Below the pieces are notes generated by a model, which saw nothing but the letters and a program-made list of their open reading frames with translations, had not been told where the DNA came from and ran no database searches. A program made the translations under genes and the position numbers. Source: an uncultured Thiopseudomonas sp. (GTDB lineage Bacteria > Pseudomonadota > Gammaproteobacteria > Pseudomonadales > Pseudomonadaceae). Taken from it: a DNA stretch of 64,000 nt. Shown one piece after another: positions 9,696 to 20,237 of this stretch. The stretch lies in assembly GCA_964516465.1 (NCBI GenBank), contig CAZEZR010000002.1, forward strand, positions 3,327-67,326, written 5' to 3'. Positions within the stretch are counted from its first letter, which is position 1; every line of letters begins with the position of its first letter.

Positions 9696-11071
9696 GCCAA
9701 ATGGAAAGAATATTATTGGTCGAAGATGACTCAGGTTTACGCGAACTTTTGCAAGAAGAACTTGAGGCCGAAGGCTACCACGTCACCGCGTGCGGCGACG
9801 CTGAGCAAGGTAAAGCGCTATTAATGTCATGGCCTCCGGATTTACTGATCAGTGATTTACGGTTGCCAGGTGCAGACGGTTTAAGCTTGCTAACCCACCT
9901 CACAACCTCAGACTTACCGCCTGCCGTGCTGATTATTACGGCTTTTGGCTCGGTGCAACAAGCGGTCAAAGCCTTGCAAGCCGGTGCCGATGACTTTTTA
10001 ACCAAACCGCTGGAGATGGACCACTTCTTACTCACGGTCAGCCGCTTACTCGACAATAGAAAATTACGTAACGAAGTACAGCATTACAGAAGTTTACTCG
10101 CCGTGGAGCAATTCAACGGCATTATTGGCCAAAGCCCCGCGATGCAGCATCTATTCCACCAGATCCGGCAAATTGCTGCAGCTGAGGGTCCGGTGCTAGT
10201 GCAAGGGGAAAGTGGTACCGGCAAGGAACTTGTCGCGCGGGCCTTACACGACAAAAGCAGTCGGCACGATGGTCCTTATATGGTGGTCAATTGCGGCGGT
10301 ATTCCCAGCGAGCTGATGGAAAGCGAGTTTTTCGGCCATGCAGCCGGTGCCTTTACTGGTGCGCGCAAGCAACGAGCGGGCTTATTTCAACAGGCCAATG
10401 GTGGCAGCTTACTGTTAGATGAACTGGGTGAGATGCCTCTCGCTTTGCAAGCCAAACTGTTGCGCGTGCTGCAGGATGGCAAAGTGCGCCCGGTGGGCAG
10501 TGATCATGAAATCCAGCTGGATGTGCGGATTATTGCCGCCACCAATCGCAACCTCACTGAAGCTGTTGCCGACGGCAGTTTTCGTGAAGACCTCTTTTAT
10601 CGACTGGAAACCTTTGCCTTGCACGTACCACCGTTGCGCGCCCGCGGTGAGGATATTCAACGGTTGGCCGAATTCTTTTTAACCCGTTTTAATGCGCGAC
10701 AAAAACACAGCATCAAAGGCTTTAATGACGCCGCATTAACCATGCTGCAACAGTACAGCTTCCCAGGTAATGTTCGCGAACTGGAAAACGCGGTAGAACG
10801 GGCGGCGACTTTTTGCGAAACATCACTGATCGACGCGCAACACCTACCCCAGCGTATTCGCGAACATTCTGACCGTCTTGAACTACCCGTAAGCACTGCT
10901 TCTGTAGCAATCGCGCCCAGCCAGCCAATCGACGCTGATACACTGCCTTCTTTAGAAACAGTGCAGCGCCAGTATATTCACCAAGTGCTGGCCGCCACTG
11001 AAGGCAATAAACGTCGTGCAGCAGATATCTTAGGTATCACTCGGCGCACTCTGTACCGTTGGTTAGAGTAA
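9692..11071 (+). CDS. Sigma-54-dependent response regulator (REC-AAA+-Fis HTH)
   Basis: REC (VEDD, DLRLP, KP), GESGTGKE, GAFTGA, FREDLFYRL, PGNVRELEN, GITRRTLYRW; ATGA overlap with the kinase. Confidence 0.96.
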   Translation: MSQMERILLVEDDSGLRELLQEELEAEGYHVTACGDAEQGKALLMSWPPDLLISDLRLPGADGLSLLTHLTTSDLPPAVLIITAFGSVQQAVKALQAGADDFLTKPLEMDHFLLTVSRLLDNRKLRNEVQHYRSLLAVEQFNGIIGQSPAMQHLFHQIRQIAAAEGPVLVQGESGTGKELVARALHDKSSRHDGPYMVVNCGGIPSELMESEFFGHAAGAFTGARKQRAGLFQQANGGSLLLDELGEMPLALQAKLLRVLQDGKVRPVGSDHEIQLDVRIIAATNRNLTEAVADGSFREDLFYRLETFALHVPPLRARGEDIQRLAEFFLTRFNARQKHSIKGFNDAALTMLQQYSFPGNVRELENAVERAATFCETSLIDAQHLPQRIREHSDRLELPVSTASVAIAPSQPIDADTLPSLETVQRQYIHQVLAATEGNKRRAADILGITRRTLYRWLE

Positions 11072-11168
11072 GCAACAAACGTGAATAAAGGACAAAACAG
11101 CCATAAAATAGACTAAATGCTTCGATTATCGTCTAATAGTAGTCTTCACTAGATTAACAGGAGACGGT

Positions 11169-11606
11169 ATGCGAGAGAAGTTTTGGGAGCACTATTCCCT
11201 TGGCGAGATGAACGCCAAAGAATGGGAAGCACTCTGTGATGGTTGCGGACAATGCTGTTTGGTGCGCGAAGTCGACAACAATCAGGTTACGGTGTTTAAT
11301 ATTGCTTGTGAGCTTTTAGATATTGAGCAAAGCCGTTGCAGCGATTATGCCAACCGCTTTAACAAAGTGCCTTACTGTCATCAGCTGACCCCGGAGAATA
11401 TCCCCAAATACAATTGGCTGCCTGAGTCCTGCACCTATCGCCGTATTCACCGAGGCGAGTCACTACCAAAATGGCACCCTTTACTGACTGGCACACAGCA
11501 GAAAATGCGGCGCAAAGGCATTACTGTCTGCGCAACCGCAGTCCCAGTCACTGATGTTCCACGGCGTCGTAGAAAGCAGCATATTATTAAAACCAAAGCC
11601 ATTTAA
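11169..11606 (+). CDS. YcgN-family cysteine-cluster protein, copy 1
   Basis: EWEALCDGCGQCC, ACELLD, CSDYANR, WLPESCTYR, WHPL. Confidence 0.9.
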   Translation: MREKFWEHYSLGEMNAKEWEALCDGCGQCCLVREVDNNQVTVFNIACELLDIEQSRCSDYANRFNKVPYCHQLTPENIPKYNWLPESCTYRRIHRGESLPKWHPLLTGTQQKMRRKGITVCATAVPVTDVPRRRRKQHIIKTKAI

Positions 11607-11723
11607 GCTATTGCCAGTGAGCTGTGCCAGTCACTCTAAAAACCGACAAAACACTTTAAAATAGCTTAACTACGTCGTTTGCCGTCTAATGAATAATTGT
11701 TTATCCGCTGTTGGGTGTGAACT

Positions 11724-12164
11724 GTGCGCAAAGAATTTTGGAAACATTACCAGTTAAATGAGTTAACCAGCGAAGAATGGGAAGCGCTATGTGATGGTTG
11801 TGGTCAATGCTGCTTGGTCCGTGAAGTCTCGCCCAGTCGAGTCACTGTGTTTAATATTGCCTGCGAACTTTTAGATATTGAGCAAAGTCGCTGCAGTGAT
11901 TATGCTAATCGCCTCAGCAAAGTGCCCTACTGCAGTCAACTCACCCCAGAAAATGTCCCGCAGTTTAACTGGCTGCCTGAGTCCTGCGCCTATCGTTGCG
12001 TCTATCGCGGCGAAGAACTTCCAGATTGGCACCCGTTACTGAGCGGAAGTCGTGAGCAAATGCGCCAACAAAGTATCACCGTCTCGCCCACGGCAATTTC
12101 TGTAGTAGACGTGCCGCGCTCTGAACGACCGCTGCATATTATTAAAGTAAAGCTGCTCGACTAA
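11724..12164 (+). CDS. YcgN-family cysteine-cluster protein, copy 2
   Basis: Same motifs as copy 1, collinear; GTG start. Confidence 0.9.
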   Translation: MRKEFWKHYQLNELTSEEWEALCDGCGQCCLVREVSPSRVTVFNIACELLDIEQSRCSDYANRLSKVPYCSQLTPENVPQFNWLPESCAYRCVYRGEELPDWHPLLSGSREQMRQQSITVSPTAISVVDVPRSERPLHIIKVKLLD

Positions 12165-12277
12165 GTCTTGCGCTCTCACCGAGCGCAATGGTGCGCCGAG
12201 GAGTTGCTTGTTTGCAGGCAGCACAACGTTTTCGATTCTTACAGCCAATCACTTTACTATACTCAGCACTCTCGTAT

Positions 12278-12898
12278 TTATTCGCGACTCATAAACAACA
12301 AGCCCACTCCGGCACTGCCCAGCAGGAGCGCACAAACCCGGTTAAACCAGCGCTGCTTTTCGGGCCGAGCAAACCAATGCCCAAGCGCCTTGCCAAATAG
12401 TGCATAGCCACTAATAGCCACCCACTCTAAAATTAAAAACAGGCTGCCATAGAGCATAAACTGCTTGATCACATCACCGGCTGGATCCACAAACTGAGGC
12501 AAAAAAGCAGTAAAAATCAAAATAGCCTTGGGGTTTCCAGCAGCTAAGACAAACTCTTGCCGGCTCAACTGCAGCAGCCCTCGACTGCCTACCAAGGTGT
12601 GCTCAGCTCCGTTGGGTTTAGCGCCCCACAGCTGCAGCGCCAGCCATAGCAGATACAGGCCACCAATGACTTTGATAATAAAAAACAACTTTGCCGAGGT
12701 ATATAAAATCGTCGCCAGCCCAACTGCTGCCAGAGCAATCATCCCAGCAAAGGCAAACAGACGACCCACCCCCGCATAACAAGCAACTCTATAACCATAG
12801 CGCTGCCCATTGCTCATCGAGAGGAGATTATTTGGACCCGGCGACATATTTAACGCAAAACAGGCAGGGATGAAAAACAACACTTTCATCAATGTCAC
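12278..12898 (-). CDS. LysE/RhtB-family translocator
   Basis: SPGPNN, GGLYLLWLA, NPKAILIFTAFLPQF. Confidence 0.92.
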   Translation of the reverse strand: MTLMKVLFFIPACFALNMSPGPNNLLSMSNGQRYGYRVACYAGVGRLFAFAGMIALAAVGLATILYTSAKLFFIIKVIGGLYLLWLALQLWGAKPNGAEHTLVGSRGLLQLSRQEFVLAAGNPKAILIFTAFLPQFVDPAGDVIKQFMLYGSLFLILEWVAISGYALFGKALGHWFARPEKQRWFNRVCALLLGSAGVGLLFMSRE

Positions 12899-13166
12899 AA
12901 CTACTGCACCTCAGTTAAAAAATAAAATCAGCTGAGATCTCTACTCAACATCGAATTGTTTCTATGTCAGCGAGCAGTCTTGCTCAGCATCTATTAAGCA
13001 AGCGTGCCGCAGTGATCACTTGCACGGCTAGTTTTGCTAAGGGGCTCGACAACCAGCCTAAGCACTACAACACCACGCTAAATATCTATTGCCGGACAGC
13101 ACTTTAGCATTAGACTCAGATAAGGTAACAGGTGCAGCATTTCATTTCTAAGCAAGGATTAATGCA

Positions 13167-13793
13167 ATGAAGCAGAAAAACTACAGCATCCAGCCGTTGA
13201 AAAAACGCCATTTAAGGGCTGCTGCAAGTATTTGCGCGGCTGCCATGAACGACAACCCAATCCATATCAAAGTATTCGGCGCTGAGCCTAAATTGCGTGA
13301 ACGTCGCCTCAAACGTTTATTTCCGGCGCTACTGGACTTTGTTTACCGCAAAGGCAGCTTATTCGGCACCTTCATTAATAACCAGTTGATTGGCGTGCTG
13401 GGGATGTTGCCACCTAAAACATGCCAGCCGTCACTGGTTGATATTCTGCGCATGCTGCCCAGAATGCTCAGTGCAAATAGCCCACTGGGTATCTTGCGCT
13501 TAGCCATCTGGCTGGGTACTTGGGCCAAGATCGACCCGAGCACGCCCCACTGGCACCTAGGTCCGCTGGCAATTGCTCCGCAGTGGCAATACCAAGGGGT
13601 TGGCACGCACATGATTGAATTCGCCTTTAGCCAATGCACTGCTGGCGACCTTTATCTAGAAACCGACAAACAAAGCAATGTAGAGCTTTATGAGCGCTTC
13701 GGTTTTACCACAGTGGCAACGCCAGTGATTTTAGCCACACCGAGTTGGGTCATGATGCGTCAAGCTAACCCACATTGGGCAAGTAGCCACTGA
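13167..13793 (+). CDS. GNAT-family N-acetyltransferase
   Basis: HWHLGPLAIAPQWQYQGVG acetyl-CoA motif; YLET...NVELYERFGF. Confidence 0.9.
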   Translation: MKQKNYSIQPLKKRHLRAAASICAAAMNDNPIHIKVFGAEPKLRERRLKRLFPALLDFVYRKGSLFGTFINNQLIGVLGMLPPKTCQPSLVDILRMLPRMLSANSPLGILRLAIWLGTWAKIDPSTPHWHLGPLAIAPQWQYQGVGTHMIEFAFSQCTAGDLYLETDKQSNVELYERFGFTTVATPVILATPSWVMMRQANPHWASSH

Positions 13794-14973
13794 CAATGCT
13801 TAACTGAATCACAATAATGGCAATGCCCAAGCTAAACACCAGCAACAAACCCAACTGCCCACCAGCTACGCGGTAACCGCCAACATGCTGCTTGCGGGTT
13901 TGGCGCACCAATAAAGCTGGCAGTAATAAAGACAATACTGATAAGGCAATGGCGGCAAAACCCAAGGCGATAACAAAACCTTTGGGATAAAACAACGCAA
14001 ACAGCAGCGGCGGGAAAAAAGTCACAGCGCCTGTTTGTAGGCGGCCATTGAGCGTATCTTTAAGCTGGAAAAAATCCGCTAAAAAATCAAACAGACCCAA
14101 GGCGACACCTAAAAATGAGGTAGCCAAAGCTAAGGCTGCAAACAAGCGCACCGCCATTTCGACCCGCGCTGTACCTACCACCGCTTTGACTGCTTCTAAC
14201 AAACCATTTAAGCCACTTTCAGCCGCCAAAATACCAATAAATGTGTCCGAATTAATGGTGCCGATCGTTGCCACCTGCCACAAAATGTACACCAGCAGCG
14301 GAATAGCACTGCCAATAATAAAAACTTTGCGCAACTTAGCAGTGTCACCGCCCAGATAATTAACAATACTGGGCACGCTACCATGAAAGCCAAAAGAGGT
14401 AAAAACTATGGGAACTGCCGACAGTAATAAGGCCTGCTTAACTGGCATACTCAATAAGTTCACTTCCTGCACATGGGGCAACAACAGAATCAGCATGGCG
14501 GCCAAAAAGAAGATTTTAGTCGCAAATAAGCAACGGTTAATAAGATCCACCGAGTGCGTGCCAAAACACACCACCCCGCCGCCAATAACGGCAAACAGCA
14601 ATACTCCAACATAACTGGGTAGCTGCAAGCCCAGCAGACTGCTAATGGATTCGCTAATAATCTCGCCGCCCCCAGCTAAGTAGGCGGCGATCAACGAGTA
14701 GAGTAAAAAAGGCAAAGCGAGGCTAATCACCAAGCGTCCAGAATTGCCTAAGTACTTACAGGCCAGAGAACTAAGGCCCATGCTGGCATCGTTGTGTTGA
14801 TAGACCTCGACCAAGAGCAACGCGGTATAACTCATAATAAACCATAGGCCCAACAACAGCAGCAGAGCGGTGGTAAAACCAATTCCAGTCGTAGCTAAAG
14901 GCATTGCTAGCATCCCTGCCCCTAAGGCAGTTCCAGCGACAATAAAGGTGCTTCCAAAGGCACTGCTCTTCAC
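13765..14973 (-). CDS. Aromatic amino acid permease (TyrP/Mtr family)
   Basis: GSTFIVAGTALGAGMLAMP, TSFGFHGSVPS, TSFLGVALGLFD; probable GTG start at 14973 behind GGGGGA; 3' end overlaps the GNAT gene. Confidence 0.9.
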   Translation of the reverse strand: MKSSAFGSTFIVAGTALGAGMLAMPLATTGIGFTTALLLLLGLWFIMSYTALLLVEVYQHNDASMGLSSLACKYLGNSGRLVISLALPFLLYSLIAAYLAGGGEIISESISSLLGLQLPSYVGVLLFAVIGGGVVCFGTHSVDLINRCLFATKIFFLAAMLILLLPHVQEVNLLSMPVKQALLLSAVPIVFTSFGFHGSVPSIVNYLGGDTAKLRKVFIIGSAIPLLVYILWQVATIGTINSDTFIGILAAESGLNGLLEAVKAVVGTARVEMAVRLFAALALATSFLGVALGLFDFLADFFQLKDTLNGRLQTGAVTFFPPLLFALFYPKGFVIALGFAAIALSVLSLLLPALLVRQTRKQHVGGYRVAGGQLGLLLVFSLGIAIIVIQLSIVSGYLPNVG

Positions 14974-15232
14974 ACATCCCCCTAGTTTCGCTGCTGATCT
15001 GCGCGCTGTGCAGCGTATTGAGCGGTTTAAAAAGCCGCTATTATGCGCCAAACCTAGAGTTTATGCGGAATTGTTTTAACCAACAGCGCTCTTGGCCGTT
15101 GCCGAACTGTCAAAGACGGGGCTGTACAGGAAGCTGGGCGAAGCAAAGTAATTTCAGTCCACTGGCCTAAGCTGAATAGGGTACCTAGGGTGCCGCGACT
15201 GGCAGCTTATGCTCCTAACCGTCTCATAAGAT

Positions 15233-15808
15233 TTACAGTTTAAAACAGTCCTGCAGCAACGCTTGCAGCCGCTTCTGCCCCAACCTATTCATTAACTCAA
15301 TATTGCGCTCTGGAATATCATCAACATTCGGGTAATCAGCAATCACTTGCTCAAGGCTGTCTTCGCGCAATAGGTGCAAGACTGGATAAGGTGAACGATT
15401 GGTATAGTTCTCAGCGTCGTCTGGCTGAGTGCCGCCAAACTGATAATTTGGATGAAAGCTGGCAATTTGATAGACACCTTCCAGCTGCATACCCAACAGC
15501 AAGCTATCAGCCAAGTTCAAAAAATCATTAAAATCGTAAAAATCCTGCAGCACCTGAGGATGAATCAATAGCGTCGTTGCCACTACTGGGTCTGCATTGA
15601 GCAGCTCTAACTCAGCTTGTAGCACCAGCAGCAACTGTTCTGGCGTGGTTGCAGCTGTACTCACAAAACGCACACGGTTTTTGACCAGTTCACGCTTGGC
15701 AAAAGGACAGAGATTCATCTCCACCACCAAGGTTTCAACCCATTTACGCACCGCTAAAACGATGCTCTCATCATCCACGGAGCCATCTAACTGAGCTGTT
15801 TTCTTCAT
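15233..15808 (-). CDS. DUF1415-family protein
   Basis: LNLCPFAK-like motif, GVYQIASFHP.YQF, NYTNRSPYP.LHLLRE. Confidence 0.88.
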   Translation of the reverse strand: MKKTAQLDGSVDDESIVLAVRKWVETLVVEMNLCPFAKRELVKNRVRFVSTAATTPEQLLLVLQAELELLNADPVVATTLLIHPQVLQDFYDFNDFLNLADSLLLGMQLEGVYQIASFHPNYQFGGTQPDDAENYTNRSPYPVLHLLREDSLEQVIADYPNVDDIPERNIELMNRLGQKRLQALLQDCFKL

Positions 15809-15841
15809 ATAGCTTCCAAATCACACCGACGCCAGCAGCGA

Positions 15842-16039
15842 CTAATAGGTTTCATTTTCATCACGCACCGTCACTGACAAGTGGCCCAGTGAGTCGACCG
15901 TTACGTGGAACAAAATGGGCTTACAACAGACCTGGCAATCTTCAATATAGTGCTGCCCTGCCTCCTGAGGATCAAGCAAAACTGCAATGGCTTCACCACA
16001 ATATGGGCAACTGACTGTTTCTTCGGTTAATAACGTCAT
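15842..16039 (-). CDS. CPXCG-motif cysteine-rich protein
   Basis: CPYCGE...YIEDCQVCCKPI. Confidence 0.88.
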   Translation of the reverse strand: MTLLTEETVSCPYCGEAIAVLLDPQEAGQHYIEDCQVCCKPILFHVTVDSLGHLSVTVRDENETY

Positions 16040-16189
16040 AGCCTTTTAATTCACCTCTTAAGTGCGCCAGTTAAAACAGAACTGCAGCGGACAGACCTCC
16101 AACATTATTAATGCAACATAGCACTGTGACTCCTGCAGGTCATAAAAAAACAACGCTATTCAGATCTTTAGTAGCTCGTCTTTAAACAC

Positions 16190-16223
16190 AACAAACGCAG
16201 CCCTTGCGGGTGCTGCGCTTGTT
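16190..16223 (-). terminator. Probable intrinsic terminator after ilvD
   Basis: CGCAGC-CC/GG-GCTGCG stem with GCAA loop on the minus strand, T-rich tail. Confidence 0.55.
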
Positions 16224-16293
16224 ACTGATGGCCTTATGCTCAGCGAGCGCTGATAGCAGCATCCCTCGCCGAGCCAGCTAAGCCCTAAGCTGG

Positions 16294-17976
16294 TTAAAAC
16301 TTATCGGTGATTGCCCCTGCAGATGCCGAACCAACAGTTTTAGCGTACTTGGCTAAAACACCGCGGGTAACATTGGGCTTGGGTGCGACCCATCTGCTCA
16401 AACGTTGTTGAATTTCTGCGTCCGAAACCCCTAGATTAATTTCATTGTTTTCCGCATCAATGGTGATGGTGTCACCGTCTTCAATAATGGCCAACGGCCC
16501 ACCCACCATCGCTTCTGGGGTGATATGCCCCACTACAAAACCATGACTGCCACCGGAGAAGCGGCCATCGGTAATTAACGCCACTGCATTGCCCAGACCG
16601 CGCCCCATAATGGCTGAGGTGGGTGACAGCATTTCCCGCATGCCTGGACCACCTTTTGGACCTTCGTAACGAATCACCAGTACATCACCGGCTACCACTG
16701 TGCCGTCCAAGATAGCCGTCATGGACTCTTCTTCCGAGTCAAACACCCGTGCTTGACCGGTGAACTTAGTCCCTTCTTGCCCGCTGATTTTCGCCACGGC
16801 GCCTTCTGGAGCGATGCTGCCACGTAAAACACGCAAATGGCTGTCAGCCTTCAGCGGTTTATCGAATGGCATAATAATATCTTGGCCAACGGGGTAGTCT
16901 GCTACATCGGCCAAATTTTCTGCAAGAGTTTTACCATTCACGGTTAAGCAATCACCGTGCAGCAAACCCTTATCTAATAAGCGCTTCATCAAGGGTGCAA
17001 TACCACCAATCTTAATTAGATCAGACATCAGGTATTTACCGGAGGGACGCAAGTCAGCCAGCACCGGAACACGCTTGCCAATTTCGGTGAAGTCATCAAT
17101 ATTCAGTTCCACGCCAATCGCATCAGCCATAGCCAGCAAGTGCAGCACGGCATTGGTTGAACCACCAAAGGCAATCACGACAGTAATGGCATTTTCAAAG
17201 GCTTTGCGGGTCATAATATCGCTGGGTTTAATATCATTATCCAACAACCAGCGAATGGCTTGGCCTGCATGCAGGCAATCAGCCCGTTTTTCTGGGGAAA
17301 TGGCTTCTTGTGCAGAACTTCCGGGCAAACTCATACCTAGGGCTTCAATCGCCGTGGCCATGGTATTGGCGGTGTACATTCCGCCACAGGAACCGGGTCC
17401 TGGAATGGCGGACTTTTCAATGGCAATCACTTCGGCTTCACTGATATCACCACGGGCATTGGCCCCCACCGCCTCAAACACAGAGACAATATCCGTATGA
17501 TTTTTACCTGGCTGAATGGTGCCACCGTAAACAAACAGTGCGGGACGATTTAAGCGCGCCATGGCAATCAAGCAGCCGGGCATATTTTTATCACAACCAC
17601 CAATCGCAATCACCGCATCATGACCTTGGCAACCGGTGACGGTTTCAATGGAGTCAGCAATCACTTCACGGGAGACCAAAGAGTACTTCATGCCTTGATA
17701 ACCATTGGCAATACCGTCAGAAATGGTAATGGTATTGAAAATAATCGGTTTAGCATCAGCTGCATACACGCCTTTAGCCACTTCATCGGCTAAACCATCA
17801 ATGTGCATATTGCAGGGCGTGACTTGGCTGCCAGTGGAGACAACACCCACTTGTGGGCGCTTAAAGTCCGCATCATCAAAGCCCACTGCGCGCAACATCG
17901 AGCGGGCAGGCGCTTTTTGAATACCATCAACCAAAATAGCCGAGTATTTTCTACCTGTGTCGTCTTTTTTAATCAT
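16294..17976 (-). CDS. ilvD: Dihydroxy-acid dehydratase
   Basis: [65 protein letters not shown]. Confidence 0.96.
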   Translation of the reverse strand: MIKKDDTGRKYSAILVDGIQKAPARSMLRAVGFDDADFKRPQVGVVSTGSQVTPCNMHIDGLADEVAKGVYAADAKPIIFNTITISDGIANGYQGMKYSLVSREVIADSIETVTGCQGHDAVIAIGGCDKNMPGCLIAMARLNRPALFVYGGTIQPGKNHTDIVSVFEAVGANARGDISEAEVIAIEKSAIPGPGSCGGMYTANTMATAIEALGMSLPGSSAQEAISPEKRADCLHAGQAIRWLLDNDIKPSDIMTRKAFENAITVVIAFGGSTNAVLHLLAMADAIGVELNIDDFTEIGKRVPVLADLRPSGKYLMSDLIKIGGIAPLMKRLLDKGLLHGDCLTVNGKTLAENLADVADYPVGQDIIMPFDKPLKADSHLRVLRGSIAPEGAVAKISGQEGTKFTGQARVFDSEEESMTAILDGTVVAGDVLVIRYEGPKGGPGMREMLSPTSAIMGRGLGNAVALITDGRFSGGSHGFVVGHITPEAMVGGPLAIIEDGDTITIDAENNEINLGVSDAEIQQRLSRWVAPKPNVTRGVLAKYAKTVGSASAGAITDKF

Positions 17977-18120
17977 ATCGCCTCCAATAGTGCAGTAGTT
18001 TAGTCAACTATAGACGCAAACAAGAACTAAGCATACTCAAGGGTCACAGACATCGAACAGCGTAGGGCTAAAGCACACGAGGTTGTGGCTAAAACAGGTA
18101 TTTTTAAATGCTGCAGACCA

Positions 18121-18435
18121 TCAACTCGACACTATGTGCATAGCTGCTCTTTCTTCACGGCACTCATAGGAGCCCATCTCAAACTCGCGACAAATCCACG
18201 GACGGTTTTCATAGATCGTACACATAAAGGTTGCACGGTCGATGGCTGAGCACCAACCATCCTCTAACCGCCGCATGGTTTCACCGCCCCATTGATCCAC
18301 ACTAATATGCTCCTCAGGCACCCCTGTGTCGCTGATAATCATCACTTCTAAACGACAGCAGCAGGCACGGCAATGAGTGCAACTGATCCCTGCTGCCATG
18401 CTGTCTTTAACAATAATATTGCTCATAGTATCCAT
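18121..18435 (-). CDS. YkgJ-family (CxxCxxCC) cysteine-cluster protein
   Basis: CTHCRACCC, WCSAID, CTIYENRPWICREF. Confidence 0.88.
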   Translation of the reverse strand: MDTMSNIIVKDSMAAGISCTHCRACCCRLEVMIISDTGVPEEHISVDQWGGETMRRLEDGWCSAIDRATFMCTIYENRPWICREFEMGSYECREERAAMHIVSS

Positions 18436-18709
18436 TGACTTGGCTGCAGATGGCGCCAGAAATTATGGCACGATACTAAGCATTTCCCACCAGTGTTAAA
18501 AGTTTTAATTTTACTGCTTTAGCGGCTTACTTAAGCAGGTAGCGCAAATACAAGCATTACTGCTTCCACAGGGCATGCTATGTTTTGTGCTATTCACATC
18601 AGTGAGCGCCTAGCCATACCACTGGAAAACCAGCTCAAACGATACGCGCTCTATTGAATAAAAACTCAACACTCAACTAGTGGGTCACCCATAACAATAA
18701 GGAATCTTT

Positions 18710-19504
18710 ATGACAAAACTGGAAAATAAAATCGCTATCGTCACCGGTGCCGGCGCTGGGATTGGCAAAGGCATTGCTCGGCGTTTAGCTGCAGACGGCG
18801 CAAGCGTCATAGTTGCTGAGTTGAATCCGGATACCGGCCAGGCCGTTGCTAAGGCAATCGAGCAGGACTTCGGTGTAACGGCATTGGCCTTGCAAGTTGA
18901 TATGTGTGACAAAGCCCAGGTTCAGGCCATGGTTGAGAAGACAGTGAGCACCTTTGGCACTGTGGATATTCTGGTGAATAATGCTTGGGCACGCCGCCCA
19001 GCGGCGCCATTTTCACCGGTAGAAAGCAAGACCGATGAGGATTTTGATCATGCCTTTAAAATCGGTTATATGGCTTGCTTATGGACGATGCAGGCAGCTT
19101 TTCCTTATATGCGTGAGCAACGCTGGGGCAGAATTATTAATATTGCCTCACTCAATGGCGTTAATGCCCACCCCTATACCGTTGACTACAATTCGGCCAA
19201 AGAAGCCCTGCGCGCACTGACCCGCACCGCCGCTCGCGAATGGGCGCAGTATCAAATCTGCTGCAATATTATCTGCCCTGCAGCCAAAACCGAAGCCTAC
19301 GAAAAATTCGCTACCGCGCAACCGGATAACGCCGCCGAACTGCTTAAACTCAACCCTATGGGCCGCATGGGTGATCCCGAGTCTGATATTGGTGGAGTCG
19401 CCGCTTTTTTAGCCAGCGACGATGCCCGCTACCTCACAGGCAACACCCTGTTTGCCGACGGCGGCAGCCATATAAATGGTGTGCCTTGGATGGCTGGCAG
19501 TTAA
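18710..19504 (+). CDS. Short-chain dehydrogenase/reductase
   Basis: TGAGAGIG, DILVNNA, YNSAK. Confidence 0.93.
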   Translation: MTKLENKIAIVTGAGAGIGKGIARRLAADGASVIVAELNPDTGQAVAKAIEQDFGVTALALQVDMCDKAQVQAMVEKTVSTFGTVDILVNNAWARRPAAPFSPVESKTDEDFDHAFKIGYMACLWTMQAAFPYMREQRWGRIINIASLNGVNAHPYTVDYNSAKEALRALTRTAAREWAQYQICCNIICPAAKTEAYEKFATAQPDNAAELLKLNPMGRMGDPESDIGGVAAFLASDDARYLTGNTLFADGGSHINGVPWMAGS

Positions 19505-19524
19505 TGACGGGTCAATAATAAAGT

Positions 19525-19570
19525 AAGCATCTGCTGTTTCGGGATGATTTTATCCAAAAAGCAGATGCTT
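19525..19570. terminator. Hairpin between convergent genes
   Basis: AAGCATCTGCT ... AGCAGATGCTT inverted repeat. Confidence 0.6.
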
Positions 19571-19599
19571 AAAAACCTGTAAAGCATTAGCAATTTTAC

Positions 19600-20085
19600 T
19601 TACTTAATTGGCGCCTTAATGGTGCTACCCACTTTATCCGGTCTTGGAAATTTAGCGTATTCTTGCTCAATGGCCTGCAAACGCTGCAGAACATCTTCGG
19701 GAAAGGGTGAAACGCGACGGGTTGCTAGATCGATGTGCACATCAAGGTGCTCACCGGCAGCGGCTCGATAGCCTTTATTGGTACAATAAATCTCATGGAA
19801 GGTGTGCAAGCGTTTTTCATCCACCGCCAAAAGCCAAGACACAACCTCAATTTCATCCCCCTCGCACAGCTCTCGCTCAAAAACACAGTGGGTCTCAACC
19901 AGCGCTTTACTGCAATTATTGGCATACCTGTAGCGCTCACCGAGATCAAGATGCTCAGTAAACTCAATATGCGCATCATAAATAACCAAACCATAATACT
20001 TGGTATTCATATGCCCATTAAAATCAACCCAGTCGGCCGGCACTTTGGTTGAGTATTTTTTAAATGGATACATTTGCAACTGCAC
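19600..20085 (-). CDS. Hot-dog fold thioesterase family protein
   Basis: WVDFNGHMN..YY motif; VDEKRLH; HIDLATRR. Confidence 0.85.
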   Translation of the reverse strand: MQLQMYPFKKYSTKVPADWVDFNGHMNTKYYGLVIYDAHIEFTEHLDLGERYRYANNCSKALVETHCVFERELCEGDEIEVVSWLLAVDEKRLHTFHEIYCTNKGYRAAAGEHLDVHIDLATRRVSPFPEDVLQRLQAIEQEYAKFPRPDKVGSTIKAPIK

Positions 20086-20237
20086 ACCCTCTAAAAACCG
20101 CTAGACACTGACCTGCATCTCAGGTTTCAATTACAATACACGACCGCAGTGCTTAGCAACCAAATCTACATATTTGCAGTGCAGTGGAAGCTTTTCAGTC
20201 AACGGTCAATCTTATATCTCAGCTAAAAACTTACGCA

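Noticed and set aside
13765-13793. 29-bp convergent overlap of the GNAT and amino acid permease genes as antisense control
   Set aside because: Short 3' overlaps are common and nothing else supports a regulatory role.
18466-18482. TGGCACGATACTAAGCA as a sigma-54 promoter
   Set aside because: GG-to-GC spacing is 11, not the required 10.
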